The position numbers were made by a program, and so were the translations under genes. From the NCBI GenBank assembly GCA_035515435.1, contig DATJBI010000067.1:32788-96787 (forward strand): 64,000 nt of DNA, written 5' to 3'. Shown one piece after another: positions 29,353-39,961 of the stretch. Numbering within the stretch: the stretch's first letter is position 1; each line of letters opens with the position of its first letter. The DNA is from Anaerolineales bacterium. GTDB taxonomy: Bacteria; Chloroflexota; Anaerolineae; Anaerolineales; Villigracilaceae. The notes beneath the pieces were generated by a model. The model was not told where the DNA came from, made no database searches, and saw only the letters and a program-made list of their open reading frames with translations.

Positions 29353-30603
29353 ATGTCTAAACGCTTGTTTGTGTTAGTTTCGCTTGTGATCGCTACAAGC
29401 ATGGTGCTGGCGGCCTGCGGCGGGGGTGGCGCTGCCTCGGCAAAGACGCTGAAAATTGTTTCCAGTTTGCCTATGACGGGTTCATCCTTGACCCAGACCC
29501 AGACCATCGTCAATGCAGAAGAATTGCGCCTGGCCCAGGCCAACAATCAGGCTTGCGGTGGCAAGTATGCGCTCTCCTACGAGGCATGGGATGATGCTTC
29601 TGCAGCCCAAGGTCAGTGGGACCCGGCGGTAGAGACCTCCAACGGCAACAAGGCCGCCGCTGATCCTTCCATTATCGCATACCTCGGTACCTTCAACTCG
29701 GGGGCTGCCAAGCTGTCCATCCCGATCCTCGATCAGGCTGGTCCGCTGGTCATGATCTCGCCCGCCAATACTTATCCCGGATTGACCAAGCCCGGGTACG
29801 GACCGGGGGAACCGGACGTTTATTATCCTGCAGGTATCCGCAACTATGCTCGCGTGGTGACCGCGGATGATGTCCAGGGCAAGGTGGACGCCAACTTCAT
29901 GTCCAGCCAGCTCGGTGTGAAGAGTGTCTACATCCTGGATGACCAGCAACTGTACGGCAAGGGCGTTGCGGACGTGTTTGAGGCCACCGCCAAATCGCTG
30001 GGCATGACCGTGCTGGGTCACGACGGCATTGACACCAAGGCCGCGGATTACAAGGCCCTGATGACCAAGATCTCCACCAGCAACAACGGCAATCCCCCGG
30101 ATGCTATTTTTGTCGGCATGGTCATTGACAGCAATGCCACCCAGCTGCTGAAGGATAAGGTTGCCATCATGGGCGATAACACCAAGGTCAAGTTCATGGG
30201 CCCGGATGGTATTCAGACCCAGGCCATGATTGATGGCGCTGGCGCCTCGGTCGCGGAAGGCATCTATGCCTCGGTCGCCGGTCTCCCGTTCGATAAATTG
30301 ACCCCGGCTGGCCAGAAATTCCTGACCGACTATCAGGCCAAGTATGGCAAGTTGACCGAACCCTATGCCATTTACGGCTATGAGACGATGAACGTTCTCC
30401 TGGCCGCCATTGAGAGTGTCTGCGCAAGTGGCGGCGATCCCAGCAACCGCAAGGCTGTGCGGGATGCCGTTTTTGCCACGAAGAATTTCAATGGCGCACT
30501 GGGAACCTGGTCGTTCGACGCCAATGGCGATACGTCTCTGACTGATATGAGCATCTATCAGGCCCAGAGTGGAGCATACGTCGCCGTAGGGACATTCCAT
30601 TAG
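29353..30603 (+). CDS. Branched-chain amino acid ABC transporter substrate-binding lipoprotein (PBP1 family)
   Basis: Lipobox VLAACGG; LIV-binding-like fold motifs. First gene of a five-gene transporter operon. Confidence 0.88.
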   Translation: MSKRLFVLVSLVIATSMVLAACGGGGAASAKTLKIVSSLPMTGSSLTQTQTIVNAEELRLAQANNQACGGKYALSYEAWDDASAAQGQWDPAVETSNGNKAAADPSIIAYLGTFNSGAAKLSIPILDQAGPLVMISPANTYPGLTKPGYGPGEPDVYYPAGIRNYARVVTADDVQGKVDANFMSSQLGVKSVYILDDQQLYGKGVADVFEATAKSLGMTVLGHDGIDTKAADYKALMTKISTSNNGNPPDAIFVGMVIDSNATQLLKDKVAIMGDNTKVKFMGPDGIQTQAMIDGAGASVAEGIYASVAGLPFDKLTPAGQKFLTDYQAKYGKLTEPYAIYGYETMNVLLAAIESVCASGGDPSNRKAVRDAVFATKNFNGALGTWSFDANGDTSLTDMSIYQAQSGAYVAVGTFH

Positions 30604-30685
30604 AGCTTCAGCGCTTTCACAGGGGCGGCATTTTGCCGCCCCTGCTTTTTATGCCCGAAGAGCAGCAGAACAATAAGGAGCAAGA

Positions 30686-31798
30686 ATGTCCGATCAGACC
30701 AAAACCGTTCTCAGGCGGACCCTCATCGCGTTTGTGGCTTTATATATTGTTTTTCTAGTCGGCCCGACTGCGGGGTTCGATGTTCCCGCCATCGCCAAAC
30801 AGATCCAGGCTGGTCCCATTCAGTTGATCCAATTTTTAATCGTTGGTATTTCTAATGGTGCGATCTTGGCGATTATTGCCCTTGGCTACACCATGGTATA
30901 TGGCATTATCGAGTTGATCAATTTTGCACACGGCGACCTGTACATGTGGGGGGTTTTCTCCTCGCTGACGATCCTTTCCCTGACGGGAACCCTGACCACC
31001 AACAATCCAACCCACCTGATTTGGGGCATTGCGGTGGCTCTCGTGTTCGCGGTCGTTTTCTGTGCCAGCGTCAATGTGGTCATCGAACGGCTCGCCTACC
31101 GGCATCTGCGGCATTCCGGGCGTTTGGCGCCGCTCATTTCTGCAATCGGCATGTCGTTCACCCTGGAGAATTTGGGCCTGATCTGGGCCCAACAGTCCTG
31201 GTTGGTGCCCTCCTTCGGCACGACGGGAGGGGCTTCCCAGAAGGATTATCCGGATCTGCTCAGCCGCCTGTTCCAGGGTCTCGGGTACAACGTCAATTTG
31301 CTGGCATCCACGGGGATTGGGCTGAGGTTCACGATCAAGGATTTGCTGGTGATCGTCATTGCAGCCGTCCTGATGATCGGTCTGCGCCTGTTCATCCAGA
31401 ATACAACGCTGGGCAAAGCCATGCGGGCGACCGCTCAAAGTCACGATGCCGCCAGAATGATGGGAATTGATATCGACCGCGTCATTTCCGCCACTTTTTT
31501 GATCGGCGGAGGCCTGGCAGGGGCGGCCGGTTTAATGGATGGCTTATACAACGGCACGGCCTGGTGGTTCATGGGATTCCGGGTCGGCTTGTTCGCCTTC
31601 ACGGCGGCGGTTTTGGGAGGCATTGGCAACATTACTGGCGCCATGGCGGGTGGATTCATAATCGGCCTGATGGCCTCCTTCAGTGATGGTTACCTGAACG
31701 CCCGCTGGACCGAGGCCTGGATCTTTGCAGTCCTCGTGTTGATCTTGACGCTGAAGCCTACCGGTCTATTCGGCGAGCAAGTGGGCGAAAAGGCATAG
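30686..31798 (+). CDS. livH: Branched-chain amino acid ABC transporter permease (LivH-type)
   Basis: 370 aa polytopic; GISNGAILAIIALGYTMVYGIIELINFAHGD. Confidence 0.88.
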   Translation: MSDQTKTVLRRTLIAFVALYIVFLVGPTAGFDVPAIAKQIQAGPIQLIQFLIVGISNGAILAIIALGYTMVYGIIELINFAHGDLYMWGVFSSLTILSLTGTLTTNNPTHLIWGIAVALVFAVVFCASVNVVIERLAYRHLRHSGRLAPLISAIGMSFTLENLGLIWAQQSWLVPSFGTTGGASQKDYPDLLSRLFQGLGYNVNLLASTGIGLRFTIKDLLVIVIAAVLMIGLRLFIQNTTLGKAMRATAQSHDAARMMGIDIDRVISATFLIGGGLAGAAGLMDGLYNGTAWWFMGFRVGLFAFTAAVLGGIGNITGAMAGGFIIGLMASFSDGYLNARWTEAWIFAVLVLILTLKPTGLFGEQVGEKA

Positions 31799-31808
31799 GA
31801 GGCAGGAC

Positions 31809-33377
31809 ATGCTAAAGAATAATTTTAGGTTGGGCATCCTCTTTGGAATCATCGCCGGACTGATGACGTTCATCTTCGGAGGATGGTCAGTCGGGATCAT
31901 CGGAGTGCTTTATGGGGTGGGACTCGGATTGGCGCTCAGCGGACGGCTGAAGCGGGAAGCGCCTCTTAACATGGCACGGCAGGCGCTGCCCCTGGCAGCC
32001 ACTGCCAGTGCGGTCCTCCTGGTCATGAGCCTGCTGCAGAATTATGTGATCGCTCCGGCCATCGGCCAGAGCAGTGCCGGGTCCGACATCGTGATCCCGG
32101 CCAACCTGGCAGGCATCTTGGGCGGTCTCCTTTTCACTTTAATCACGGCCGCTTTGCACGGTCTGCCCGACCGGCAGGAACAGATCGGCAAACTGATCCT
32201 GCTGGCGGCAATCATCGTCGCCTTCCCGTTCGTAGATACATTCACGGGGCTGTTCTGGCTCGCTCAGGTGATCTTCGCGTTGATCTTTGTGATCCTGGGT
32301 ATGGGACTGAACATCGTGGTCGGCTATGCCGGTCTGCTGGATCTGGGATATGCAGCCTTCTTTGCCATTGGCGCATATACCACAGGCATTCTTTCTTCAC
32401 CCCTGCACCACATTTTCCTGAATTTCTGGCTGGTAATCTGGATCGCCGCCGGCATGGCGGCCATATTTGGTCTGATCCTGGGCACTCCGACGCTGCCTCT
32501 GCGCGGGGACTACCTGGCCATCGTTACGCTCGGATTTGGCGAGATCATCCCCGTCGTGTTCAGAAACCTGATCGATGTGACCATCGAGGAACCCTTTAGC
32601 TGCTGGATCGTTCCAGGAATACAAAGGTTGTTCGGGGGGACCTCCACGCTGTCCTGCATTTACATCGCGCAGCATCTGAACCTGACCGCCGGGGAACAAG
32701 GCATCAACCCCATCGGCCGTCCCTCTCTGCCAGTGCTCGGGTTGTTCACGAATGCCCATCCCATTCCGTGGTATTTCCTGATCATCGCGATCATCCTGAT
32801 GTCTATTTTCCTGATTAACCGTCTGCGCGAGAGCCGTCTCGGACGCGCCTGGATGGCAATCCGCGAGGACGAACTGGCCGCCTCGCAGATGGGAATCGAT
32901 CCAGTACGCACAAAACTGCTGGCCTTCGCGATGGGTGCAACCTTCTCCGGCTTTGCCGGCGCATTCTACGCGGCCTATATCTCCGGCATCTTCCCGGATG
33001 TATTTGATTTCAGCGCCTCCATTCTCATCCTGTGCACGGTGATTCTGGGCGGCATCGGAAACATTTATGGTGTAATTGTGGGCGGGCTTGTGCTGATCAA
33101 TGCAGACCGGCTGTTCCTGCCCGCGCTCAAGGACTTCCTGACCGGCCTGCTCAAGTCCACCATTCTGCCTGCCCTGGCACACAACCCAACATTGCAGGCC
33201 GCGGTGGCCGAAAATGCCAACCCGATCTTATATCGTTACTTATTGTTCGGTTTGACGCTGATCATTATGATGGCCGTGCGGCCCGAGGGCCTCATACCCA
33301 ATGCCCAGCGGCGAATGGAATTACACGAGGCAGACGAGGCACCCAACGTCACCGCCACCGCTTCGACGAGGAACTAG
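31809..33377 (+). CDS. livM: Branched-chain amino acid ABC transporter permease (LivM-type, extended N-terminus)
   Basis: 522 aa; GLNIVVGYAGLLDLGYAAFFAIGAY. Confidence 0.88.
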   Translation: MLKNNFRLGILFGIIAGLMTFIFGGWSVGIIGVLYGVGLGLALSGRLKREAPLNMARQALPLAATASAVLLVMSLLQNYVIAPAIGQSSAGSDIVIPANLAGILGGLLFTLITAALHGLPDRQEQIGKLILLAAIIVAFPFVDTFTGLFWLAQVIFALIFVILGMGLNIVVGYAGLLDLGYAAFFAIGAYTTGILSSPLHHIFLNFWLVIWIAAGMAAIFGLILGTPTLPLRGDYLAIVTLGFGEIIPVVFRNLIDVTIEEPFSCWIVPGIQRLFGGTSTLSCIYIAQHLNLTAGEQGINPIGRPSLPVLGLFTNAHPIPWYFLIIAIILMSIFLINRLRESRLGRAWMAIREDELAASQMGIDPVRTKLLAFAMGATFSGFAGAFYAAYISGIFPDVFDFSASILILCTVILGGIGNIYGVIVGGLVLINADRLFLPALKDFLTGLLKSTILPALAHNPTLQAAVAENANPILYRYLLFGLTLIIMMAVRPEGLIPNAQRRMELHEADEAPNVTATASTRN

Positions 33378-33387
33378 GAGACAGGAC

Positions 33388-34164
33388 ATGAATCTCTTTG
33401 AAGCTCATAAAGTCACAAAAGTGTTCGGCGGCCTGACTGCGGTCAACAACGTGGATTTTGTCATCGAAAAAGGCATGATCGCCGGGCTGATCGGTCCGAA
33501 CGGCGCTGGAAAAACCACCTTCTTCAACGGGATGACGGGCATCTACCATATCACCAGCGGGGAGATGGCCTTCGACGGGAAGGATATTACGAAACTCAAG
33601 CCTTTCCAGATCACCGGACTCGGGATCGCCCGCACCTTCCAGAACATTCGTTTGTTCGCGAATATGACGGCCATCGAAAACGTCCTGGTCGGAGAACATG
33701 TACGTCTGCATTCCAACCTGGTCGGGCAGATCATCCGCGATCCAGGGACGGTCAAGGAAGAAGCGAATGCCCGCGCCAAAGCGTTGGATCTCTTGGAATT
33801 CGTCGGGTTGAAACGTTCCGATGCAGGTGTGACTGCGAAGAATCTCCCCTACGGTCTGCAGCGCCGGCTCGAAATCGCGCGCGCCCTGGGGACCGATCCG
33901 AAGCTGCTCCTGCTGGACGAACCGACCGCCGGCATGAATCCCAACGAGACCCTGGATCTCACAAATTTCATCCAGCGCCTGCGAAAGGAACTCAGCCTGA
34001 CAATTTTGCTGATCGAGCACCATATGCGCGTGGTCATGGGAATTTCGGACCGTGTCTCCGTGCTCGATTACGGAGAAAAAATCGCGGAGGGCAGTCCAGC
34101 GCAGGTCCAGCAGAACCAGCGGGTGATCGAGGCATATCTCGGCAAAGGTACCACAACCAAGTAA
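33388..34164 (+). CDS. livG: ABC transporter ATP-binding protein (LivG-type)
   Basis: Track ORF 33301..34164. ATG 33388 follows AGGAGACAGG. Walker [25 protein letters not shown]. Confidence 0.92.
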   Translation: MNLFEAHKVTKVFGGLTAVNNVDFVIEKGMIAGLIGPNGAGKTTFFNGMTGIYHITSGEMAFDGKDITKLKPFQITGLGIARTFQNIRLFANMTAIENVLVGEHVRLHSNLVGQIIRDPGTVKEEANARAKALDLLEFVGLKRSDAGVTAKNLPYGLQRRLEIARALGTDPKLLLLDEPTAGMNPNETLDLTNFIQRLRKELSLTILLIEHHMRVVMGISDRVSVLDYGEKIAEGSPAQVQQNQRVIEAYLGKGTTTK

Positions 34165-34178
34165 AGGCGAGGACCATC

Positions 34179-34886
34179 ATGCTTGAATTAAGAGAAGTTC
34201 ACACGTATTACGGAAACATCCACGCCTTGAAAGGTATCTCGCTCAACGTGGAAAAGGGCGAGATCGTGACGCTGATCGGCTCAAACGGCGCGGGAAAGAG
34301 CACTACGCTTCGCACCATCCAAGGCATCAATCGTCCGCGCTCCGGCACCATCCTGCTGGAAGGCACGGCTCTGGAATCTCTCCCACCGCATGAAATCGCG
34401 ATGCGGGGCGTGGCTCAAAGCCCGGAGGGCCGCCTCATTTTCCCACGCATGAGCGTGCTGGAAAATCTGGAGATGGGTGCATACGCCCGGAAAGACAAAA
34501 CCGGCATGAAGGATGATCTCGAGCGGGTTTTCACTTTGTTCCCGCGCCTGAAGGAACGCATCGGCCAAAAGGGTGGAACGCTTTCCGGCGGCGAACAGCA
34601 GATGCTGGCGATGGGCCGTGCGCTCATGGCGCGTCCGCGCATTCTCCTGCTGGACGAGCCCTCGATGGGTCTTTCCCCCATCCTGGTCGAGTTGATCTTC
34701 GATACGATCGTTTCCATCAACAAGGAAGGCACCACCATCCTGCTCGTGGAACAAAACGCGTTGATGGCACTGTCGATCGCCAACCGCGGCTACGTGATTC
34801 AAACCGGTGAGATCCTTCTCACCGATACCGCGGCGAATCTGAAGAATAACGAGATGGTGCGCAAATCCTACCTGGGCATCGAATAA
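34179..34886 (+). CDS. livF: ABC transporter ATP-binding protein (LivF-type)
   Basis: Walker A GSNGAGKST, signature LSGGEQQML. Confidence 0.92.
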   Translation: MLELREVHTYYGNIHALKGISLNVEKGEIVTLIGSNGAGKSTTLRTIQGINRPRSGTILLEGTALESLPPHEIAMRGVAQSPEGRLIFPRMSVLENLEMGAYARKDKTGMKDDLERVFTLFPRLKERIGQKGGTLSGGEQQMLAMGRALMARPRILLLDEPSMGLSPILVELIFDTIVSINKEGTTILLVEQNALMALSIANRGYVIQTGEILLTDTAANLKNNEMVRKSYLGIE

Positions 34887-34908
34887 GCGACCGAAGCCAA
34901 ATCGTTCA

Positions 34909-34937
34909 AGACCCGTGGCGTGCCACGGGTCTTTTTG
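34909..34937 (+). terminator. Intrinsic terminator after livF
   Basis: AGACCCGTGG-cgtg-CCACGGGTCT followed by TTTTT. Confidence 0.75.
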
Positions 34938-34955
34938 CAAAAGAAGAGAGAACGG

Positions 34956-37535
34956 ATGATCAACCGCTGCCTGGCTCGACCGGGCCCCCGCCAAAGGGTG
35001 CTTTATGTTATGGGCCTGCTGGCTCTGCTCCTCACGGCATGTTCTTTCGGAACGCAGACGGCAACTCCCGCGCCGCCTGTGGTAGCCGCGCCCGCGGGTC
35101 CCTTCGATGGCGTGTGGAGCGGCGGAGGCAGGGCACAAGATGGGCGAGTCATCACAATCAAGTTCAAGATAGAAAACGGGGCGATTTCCTCCTTTACGTA
35201 TTCCTATCCCAAGCAGGAGGGTAGTCTTTCGTGCACCTCCCTCGATTACACGGCGATCCCGGTGGCTGCCCGCCCCAGCATCCAGGCGGACGCCTTCTCA
35301 AAAACCTTCGGCTCGGACCTGACCGCAGATGGAACGTTCTCATCGCCAAGTTCCGCCGCCGGGCATATTTCGATTGCGTGGCAGGGACGGTACACCGAGG
35401 GCTGTGTCGCCAATCTGCAGGCGCCGTGGACGGCGGTGAAGGAAGGACAGCTCAGCCCCGCGATTGTGGCTGCGCCGGTCACAGCAGCCTGGTGCGGCAG
35501 GAATACGAACTGCACGGACCTGCTCATTCAGCTGCTGATCTTTGGCCTGGTCAATGGCGCCATCCTGGCCTTGAATGCGATCGGCATTACGGTCATCTAC
35601 AGCACGGTGCGCACGTTGAATTTGGCACACGGCGACATCTTTGCGCTCACGACCGCATTTGTCACATCGACCATCAACATCATCGGCTTGAATCTCGATT
35701 GGCCTGCCGCGAGCCGCGTTTGGATCCTGGCGCTCATTTTTATTGGAGCCCTTGCCTTGGGGGCGCTGCTGAGTGTCATGGTGGATGCCTTGGCGTTTCG
35801 TCCTTTCCGTGGACGTTCCAGGCTCGCCCCATTGATTGCATCGCTGGGCATCTCGTTCATTCTGTTTCAAGGTTCGCTCGTCTGGCGAACATATCAAAAA
35901 TCATTCATTCGCGGCGAGCACCGCAGCGTGCCCGGTCTTAACGAGGTTCCCACCGACGGCATCCCAAACTTCCTGCCTGCAGGAAATGTGTTATTCAGCA
36001 AAGTTGTACTCCAGTATTCGGATGTGTTCGTGCTCGCCGCGGGAATTATGTTCGTGCTGATCACCACTTTGATTCTCCAACGTACCCCCCTGGGACGTTC
36101 CATCCGCGCCATCGCACAGAACGAAGAGCTGGCTCAGATCGTCGGCGTGAACCGCGACGGCGCGATTCGACGGGCGTTCGCATTAGGGGGTGCACTGGCA
36201 GGCGCGGCCGCCTTTGTGTTTGCCTTGTACTACTCGCGCCCGTTCGGGCAGGCCGGTCAGGAGAGCGGTCTGCTGGCATTTGCCGCGGCGCTGATGGGCG
36301 GGATCGGCAGTCCCAGCGGTGCCATGGCCAGCGGGGCCATCCTGGGCGTGGTCGGCGCATTGAGCGATTATTTCCTCGCCTCACAATGGACCCCGGTCTT
36401 GCTGCTGGGTCTGCTCACGGCGATCCTCGTCTGGCGACGCGGCGGATTGTTGAACCACGATGACGACACGAATAGATCCGAGACGCGCGATTCGGTGGTT
36501 CTAACCGCGCCGGCCCAAAGTCAGAAGGCGAAGCGCTGGCTGATCATTTTATGCGCGGCGCTGCTTGCGCTTCCGGTCCTCAGCTCCGGATTTAAATTAA
36601 CGGACGATATCATTTTACGCGGACTTGGCATTTTTGTTTTGCTTACGTTTGGTCTCAACATTTTGCTGGGGCTGTCCGGAGTGCTGGACCTCGGCTACGC
36701 AATGAATTTTGCGATCGGGGCCTACACGGCCGCGATCCTGACCAACCGGTATGGCATTTTCGTTTTCCCGCCATTGGATTTCACGATTGTCCTGGCGGCC
36801 AGCGCCGCAACGGCGGCGTTATTCGGTGCGCTCAAGGGCGCGACCGCAACGCGTCTGCGCGGCGATTATCTGGCCGTGGCCACGCTGGCGCTTGGACTAT
36901 TAACCGAACAGGCGATTACCAACGGGGGGAACGTAACCGGCGGTTCAAGCGGCTTGAGCGCCTTGCCGCCGCCGCATCTGTTCGGCCTCACGCTGGCCAC
37001 GCCGTCCGCCCAATATTATCTCGTCCTGGTCTTCGTGGTGCTTGCCGCCGTGATCAGTGCCCGATTGATGGCATCCCGCACCGGTCGGGCGTGGATCGCC
37101 TCCTCCGAAGATGAGACCGCGGCGGTTTCATTTGGGATTGAGGTCGCCCGTTATCGTTTGTTGGCATTCGTGTTCAGTTCCGCATTGGCCGGGATCGCGG
37201 GTGCGCTGTACGCGAGCACATTCACATACATTGATCCGAGCCTGGCAGCTTTCGATGTCTCATCATTGCTGCTGGCCATGGTGATCCTGGGCGGCGCGGG
37301 AAGTGTGGGCGGCGCAGTGCTGGGGACGGCCCTGATCTACTTCTACGACAAGATCTTTGTGCCCCAACTGTTCGCGTGGCTGGCCCTGCTCTGGCCGCAG
37401 GGCGTATATATCGGCATGGTGCCCAATGTGCGCGGCACAAACTTCTTTGATTTTGGGATCGTGTTGTACCTGACCGTGCTGTGGCGGGCAAGAAGAGAAA
37501 GCCGGGCCCCCCAAAAAGACCGTCGCGGCCGATAG
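34956..37535 (+). CDS. Fused LivH-like + LivM-like ABC permease with N-terminal lipoprotein-type extracytoplasmic domain
   Basis: Track ORF 34920 starts inside the terminator. ATG 34956 gives MINRCLARPGPRQRVLYVMGLLALLLTAC (lipobox). An unassigned domain of about 170 aa follows, then LivH motif (GLVNGAILALNAIGITVIYSTVRTLNLAHGD) and LivM motif (GLNILLGLSGVLDLGYAMNFAIGAY). Confidence 0.8.
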   Translation: MINRCLARPGPRQRVLYVMGLLALLLTACSFGTQTATPAPPVVAAPAGPFDGVWSGGGRAQDGRVITIKFKIENGAISSFTYSYPKQEGSLSCTSLDYTAIPVAARPSIQADAFSKTFGSDLTADGTFSSPSSAAGHISIAWQGRYTEGCVANLQAPWTAVKEGQLSPAIVAAPVTAAWCGRNTNCTDLLIQLLIFGLVNGAILALNAIGITVIYSTVRTLNLAHGDIFALTTAFVTSTINIIGLNLDWPAASRVWILALIFIGALALGALLSVMVDALAFRPFRGRSRLAPLIASLGISFILFQGSLVWRTYQKSFIRGEHRSVPGLNEVPTDGIPNFLPAGNVLFSKVVLQYSDVFVLAAGIMFVLITTLILQRTPLGRSIRAIAQNEELAQIVGVNRDGAIRRAFALGGALAGAAAFVFALYYSRPFGQAGQESGLLAFAAALMGGIGSPSGAMASGAILGVVGALSDYFLASQWTPVLLLGLLTAILVWRRGGLLNHDDDTNRSETRDSVVLTAPAQSQKAKRWLIILCAALLALPVLSSGFKLTDDIILRGLGIFVLLTFGLNILLGLSGVLDLGYAMNFAIGAYTAAILTNRYGIFVFPPLDFTIVLAASAATAALFGALKGATATRLRGDYLAVATLALGLLTEQAITNGGNVTGGSSGLSALPPPHLFGLTLATPSAQYYLVLVFVVLAAVISARLMASRTGRAWIASSEDETAAVSFGIEVARYRLLAFVFSSALAGIAGALYASTFTYIDPSLAAFDVSSLLLAMVILGGAGSVGGAVLGTALIYFYDKIFVPQLFAWLALLWPQGVYIGMVPNVRGTNFFDFGIVLYLTVLWRARRESRAPQKDRRGR

Positions 37536-37542
37536 GAGTTCG

Positions 37543-38730
37543 TTGCTCACGATGCCTCATGAATCTTCAAGGGTCACGGAACTCCCCCCAAGGGCCGAAC
37601 TCGTCATCATCGGCGGCGGCGTGATGGGAGCGAGCGCAGCCTACCACCTGGCTGTGCGCGGCATGAAGAACATCGTCCTGCTTGAGAAGGAGGAATATTT
37701 GGGGCAGGGCGCCACCGGGCGCTGCGCCGGCGGAGTCCGTTGCCAATTTGGAACGGAAATCAACGTCAGGCTTTCCATCGAGAGCCTGCAAATGCTGGAT
37801 CGTTTTCAGGATGAAATTGGACAGGAAATCAATTATCGCAAGTGCGGATATCTTTTCGTCCTGACCACCGCTCAGGATGTGGAAGCATTTCGGCACCAGG
37901 TCGAACTGCAAAATCGGCTGGGCGTTCAGACGGAATGGCTGACGGGGGATGAGGTCCGAGGGCGATTGCCCTTGATGAGATTTGAAGGGGCCCTGGCCGG
38001 AACATTCCACGCGGGCGACGGATTGGTCGATCCAAATAGCGTGGTGCTGGGGTATGTCCGCGCCGCACAGCACCTGGGAGTCAAGGTCGTCCACCGCGCC
38101 GAGGCGCTGGGCATCGCCGTCAGCGGAAATCAAGTCAGCGCCGTGCAGACGGCGCGCGGCTCGATCCAGACGCGCCTGATTTTGAACGCGGCCGGCCCAT
38201 GGTCGGCACAGGTCGGACGAATGGCCGGAGTCGATCTCCCGGTGCGGCCGATCCGCCGGCAGATTTTTACGACCACCCCCCTGCCCGAGCTTCCGCCTGA
38301 CTTTCCCTTTGTGATCGACTTTGCCCAATCGCTCTATTTCCACCGCGAAGGCGAGGGGCTGCTCATCGGAATGAGCAACCCAGATCAGGGATCCGGGTAC
38401 GATCAATCGGTGGATGAATCTTTCGAACTGGTGAATCTCGAGGCCGCCATCGCCCGCATGCCCCTGGTCGAAAAAGCCAATCGGTCGGCGCATTGGGCCG
38501 GGCTTTATGAGGTCACACCCGACGCCCATCCGATCTTTGGAAGCACGCCGCGGAACGGCTTCCTGGTTGTAACCGGCTTTTCCGGCCACGGTTTCATGCA
38601 TGGACCGATCGCCGGCAAATTGATCTCGGAATTCATTCTGGATGGCAAATACACGACCGTGGATGTGAGCGTGCTCGATCTGGCGCGTTTTCAGGAAGGG
38701 CGATTGATTCAAGAGTACAATGTGGTTTAG
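37543..38730 (+). CDS. FAD-dependent oxidoreductase (sarcosine oxidase beta / D-amino-acid oxidase-like, DAO family)
   Basis: N-terminal dinucleotide fold VIIGGGVMGASAAYHLA. C-terminal GFSGHGFMHGP. Start is TTG 37543 or ATG 37552. Confidence 0.85.
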   Translation: MLTMPHESSRVTELPPRAELVIIGGGVMGASAAYHLAVRGMKNIVLLEKEEYLGQGATGRCAGGVRCQFGTEINVRLSIESLQMLDRFQDEIGQEINYRKCGYLFVLTTAQDVEAFRHQVELQNRLGVQTEWLTGDEVRGRLPLMRFEGALAGTFHAGDGLVDPNSVVLGYVRAAQHLGVKVVHRAEALGIAVSGNQVSAVQTARGSIQTRLILNAAGPWSAQVGRMAGVDLPVRPIRRQIFTTTPLPELPPDFPFVIDFAQSLYFHREGEGLLIGMSNPDQGSGYDQSVDESFELVNLEAAIARMPLVEKANRSAHWAGLYEVTPDAHPIFGSTPRNGFLVVTGFSGHGFMHGPIAGKLISEFILDGKYTTVDVSVLDLARFQEGRLIQEYNVV

Positions 38731-38754
38731 TATTGGGCAGTCAAAAGGAGATTT

Positions 38755-39945
38755 ATGAAAAAGCACTCTCTCTCCGTGTTCACGGCCTTGGGCATGATGA
38801 GTCTCTTGATGGCGGGTTGTCTAAGAAAGCCCTATGTTTGCAGTGACCCACTCGGTTGTGTGGAGGTTGGTAACGCGGAAAGCATCCAGCTGGGGATCTT
38901 ATTAACCTTAAGCGGATCAAACAGTGTTTTGGGAAACGATGCTTTGCAGGGGGTGAGCATCGCGATCGCGGACAAGAAACAGGTTTTTGGTCATTCGGTT
39001 GTATTGGTCAAGGAAGACGATCAATGCTCCCAGGCGGGCGGACAACAGGGAGCCAGCCAACTGGCTGCCAACCCGAAGATCGTCGGCGTGATCGGTGCAA
39101 CCTGTTCCAGCGCATCGGAGCCTGCGGCGAAGATCCTTTCCGGTGTGGGCCTGGTGCTGGTCTCTCCCTCCAGCACGGCGCCCTCTCTGACCGATCCCGC
39201 CACTCATCAGCCCGCATTTCTGCGGACGATTTACAATGACAAGGCGCAGGGCGAGGCGGTTGCAAATTTCGCTTTCAATGTTTTGGGGGCGCGTTACATG
39301 GCAACCATCCATGATGGCACGCCGTACCCGAAACAATTACAGGAGGTCGCCTGCCAGAGCTTCGAACAATTCGGCGGCCAGTGCGTGCGCCAAGTTGCGA
39401 TCACGAGCGGACAAGATATGGCGGCGGCCCTGCTATCCATTGCAGCCAGCAGGCCGGATGTGATCTACTATCCGGTCTATACGGCAGACGGCGTGAAGAT
39501 CACCCAGGAAGCCGCGGCCGCGGGCCTGGCGAATGTGACGCTCATTAGTTCCGATGGGCTGTTTAATGCCAGCTTCATTCAACAGAGCGAACCGGCTTCC
39601 GAGGGCATGTACCTGTCGGGCCCGGCGGGGGTCCAGGAATCCCAGGATTTTCTTGCCAAGTTCAAAGCGCAGTTTGGAGGCGAGCCCGCCGCCTCTTACC
39701 ATCTCCAGGCCTACGATGCTGCCATGATGCTGTTCAACGCCATCGAGAAAGTGGCCGTGCCCGTCTCTTCGAACTCCAACGGGATCTCGATCCCGCGCCA
39801 GGCACTTCGCCAGGCGCTCTACGCAACGCAGAACATGCAGGGCCTGAGCGGCATGATCAGTTGCTCACCGACCGGCGACTGTGCGCAGCCGAACATCGAG
39901 ATCTTTCAAGTCGTCAACAGCCAATTCAAACCGATCTATCCGTAA
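38755..39945 (+). CDS. ABC transporter substrate-binding lipoprotein (LIV-binding PBP1 family), second copy
   Basis: Lipobox LLMAGC; VGVIGATCSSAS..., YPVYTADG motifs. Confidence 0.85.
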   Translation: MKKHSLSVFTALGMMSLLMAGCLRKPYVCSDPLGCVEVGNAESIQLGILLTLSGSNSVLGNDALQGVSIAIADKKQVFGHSVVLVKEDDQCSQAGGQQGASQLAANPKIVGVIGATCSSASEPAAKILSGVGLVLVSPSSTAPSLTDPATHQPAFLRTIYNDKAQGEAVANFAFNVLGARYMATIHDGTPYPKQLQEVACQSFEQFGGQCVRQVAITSGQDMAAALLSIAASRPDVIYYPVYTADGVKITQEAAAAGLANVTLISSDGLFNASFIQQSEPASEGMYLSGPAGVQESQDFLAKFKAQFGGEPAASYHLQAYDAAMMLFNAIEKVAVPVSSNSNGISIPRQALRQALYATQNMQGLSGMISCSPTGDCAQPNIEIFQVVNSQFKPIYP

Positions 39946-39961
39946 AAAGCTGGATTGAAGA

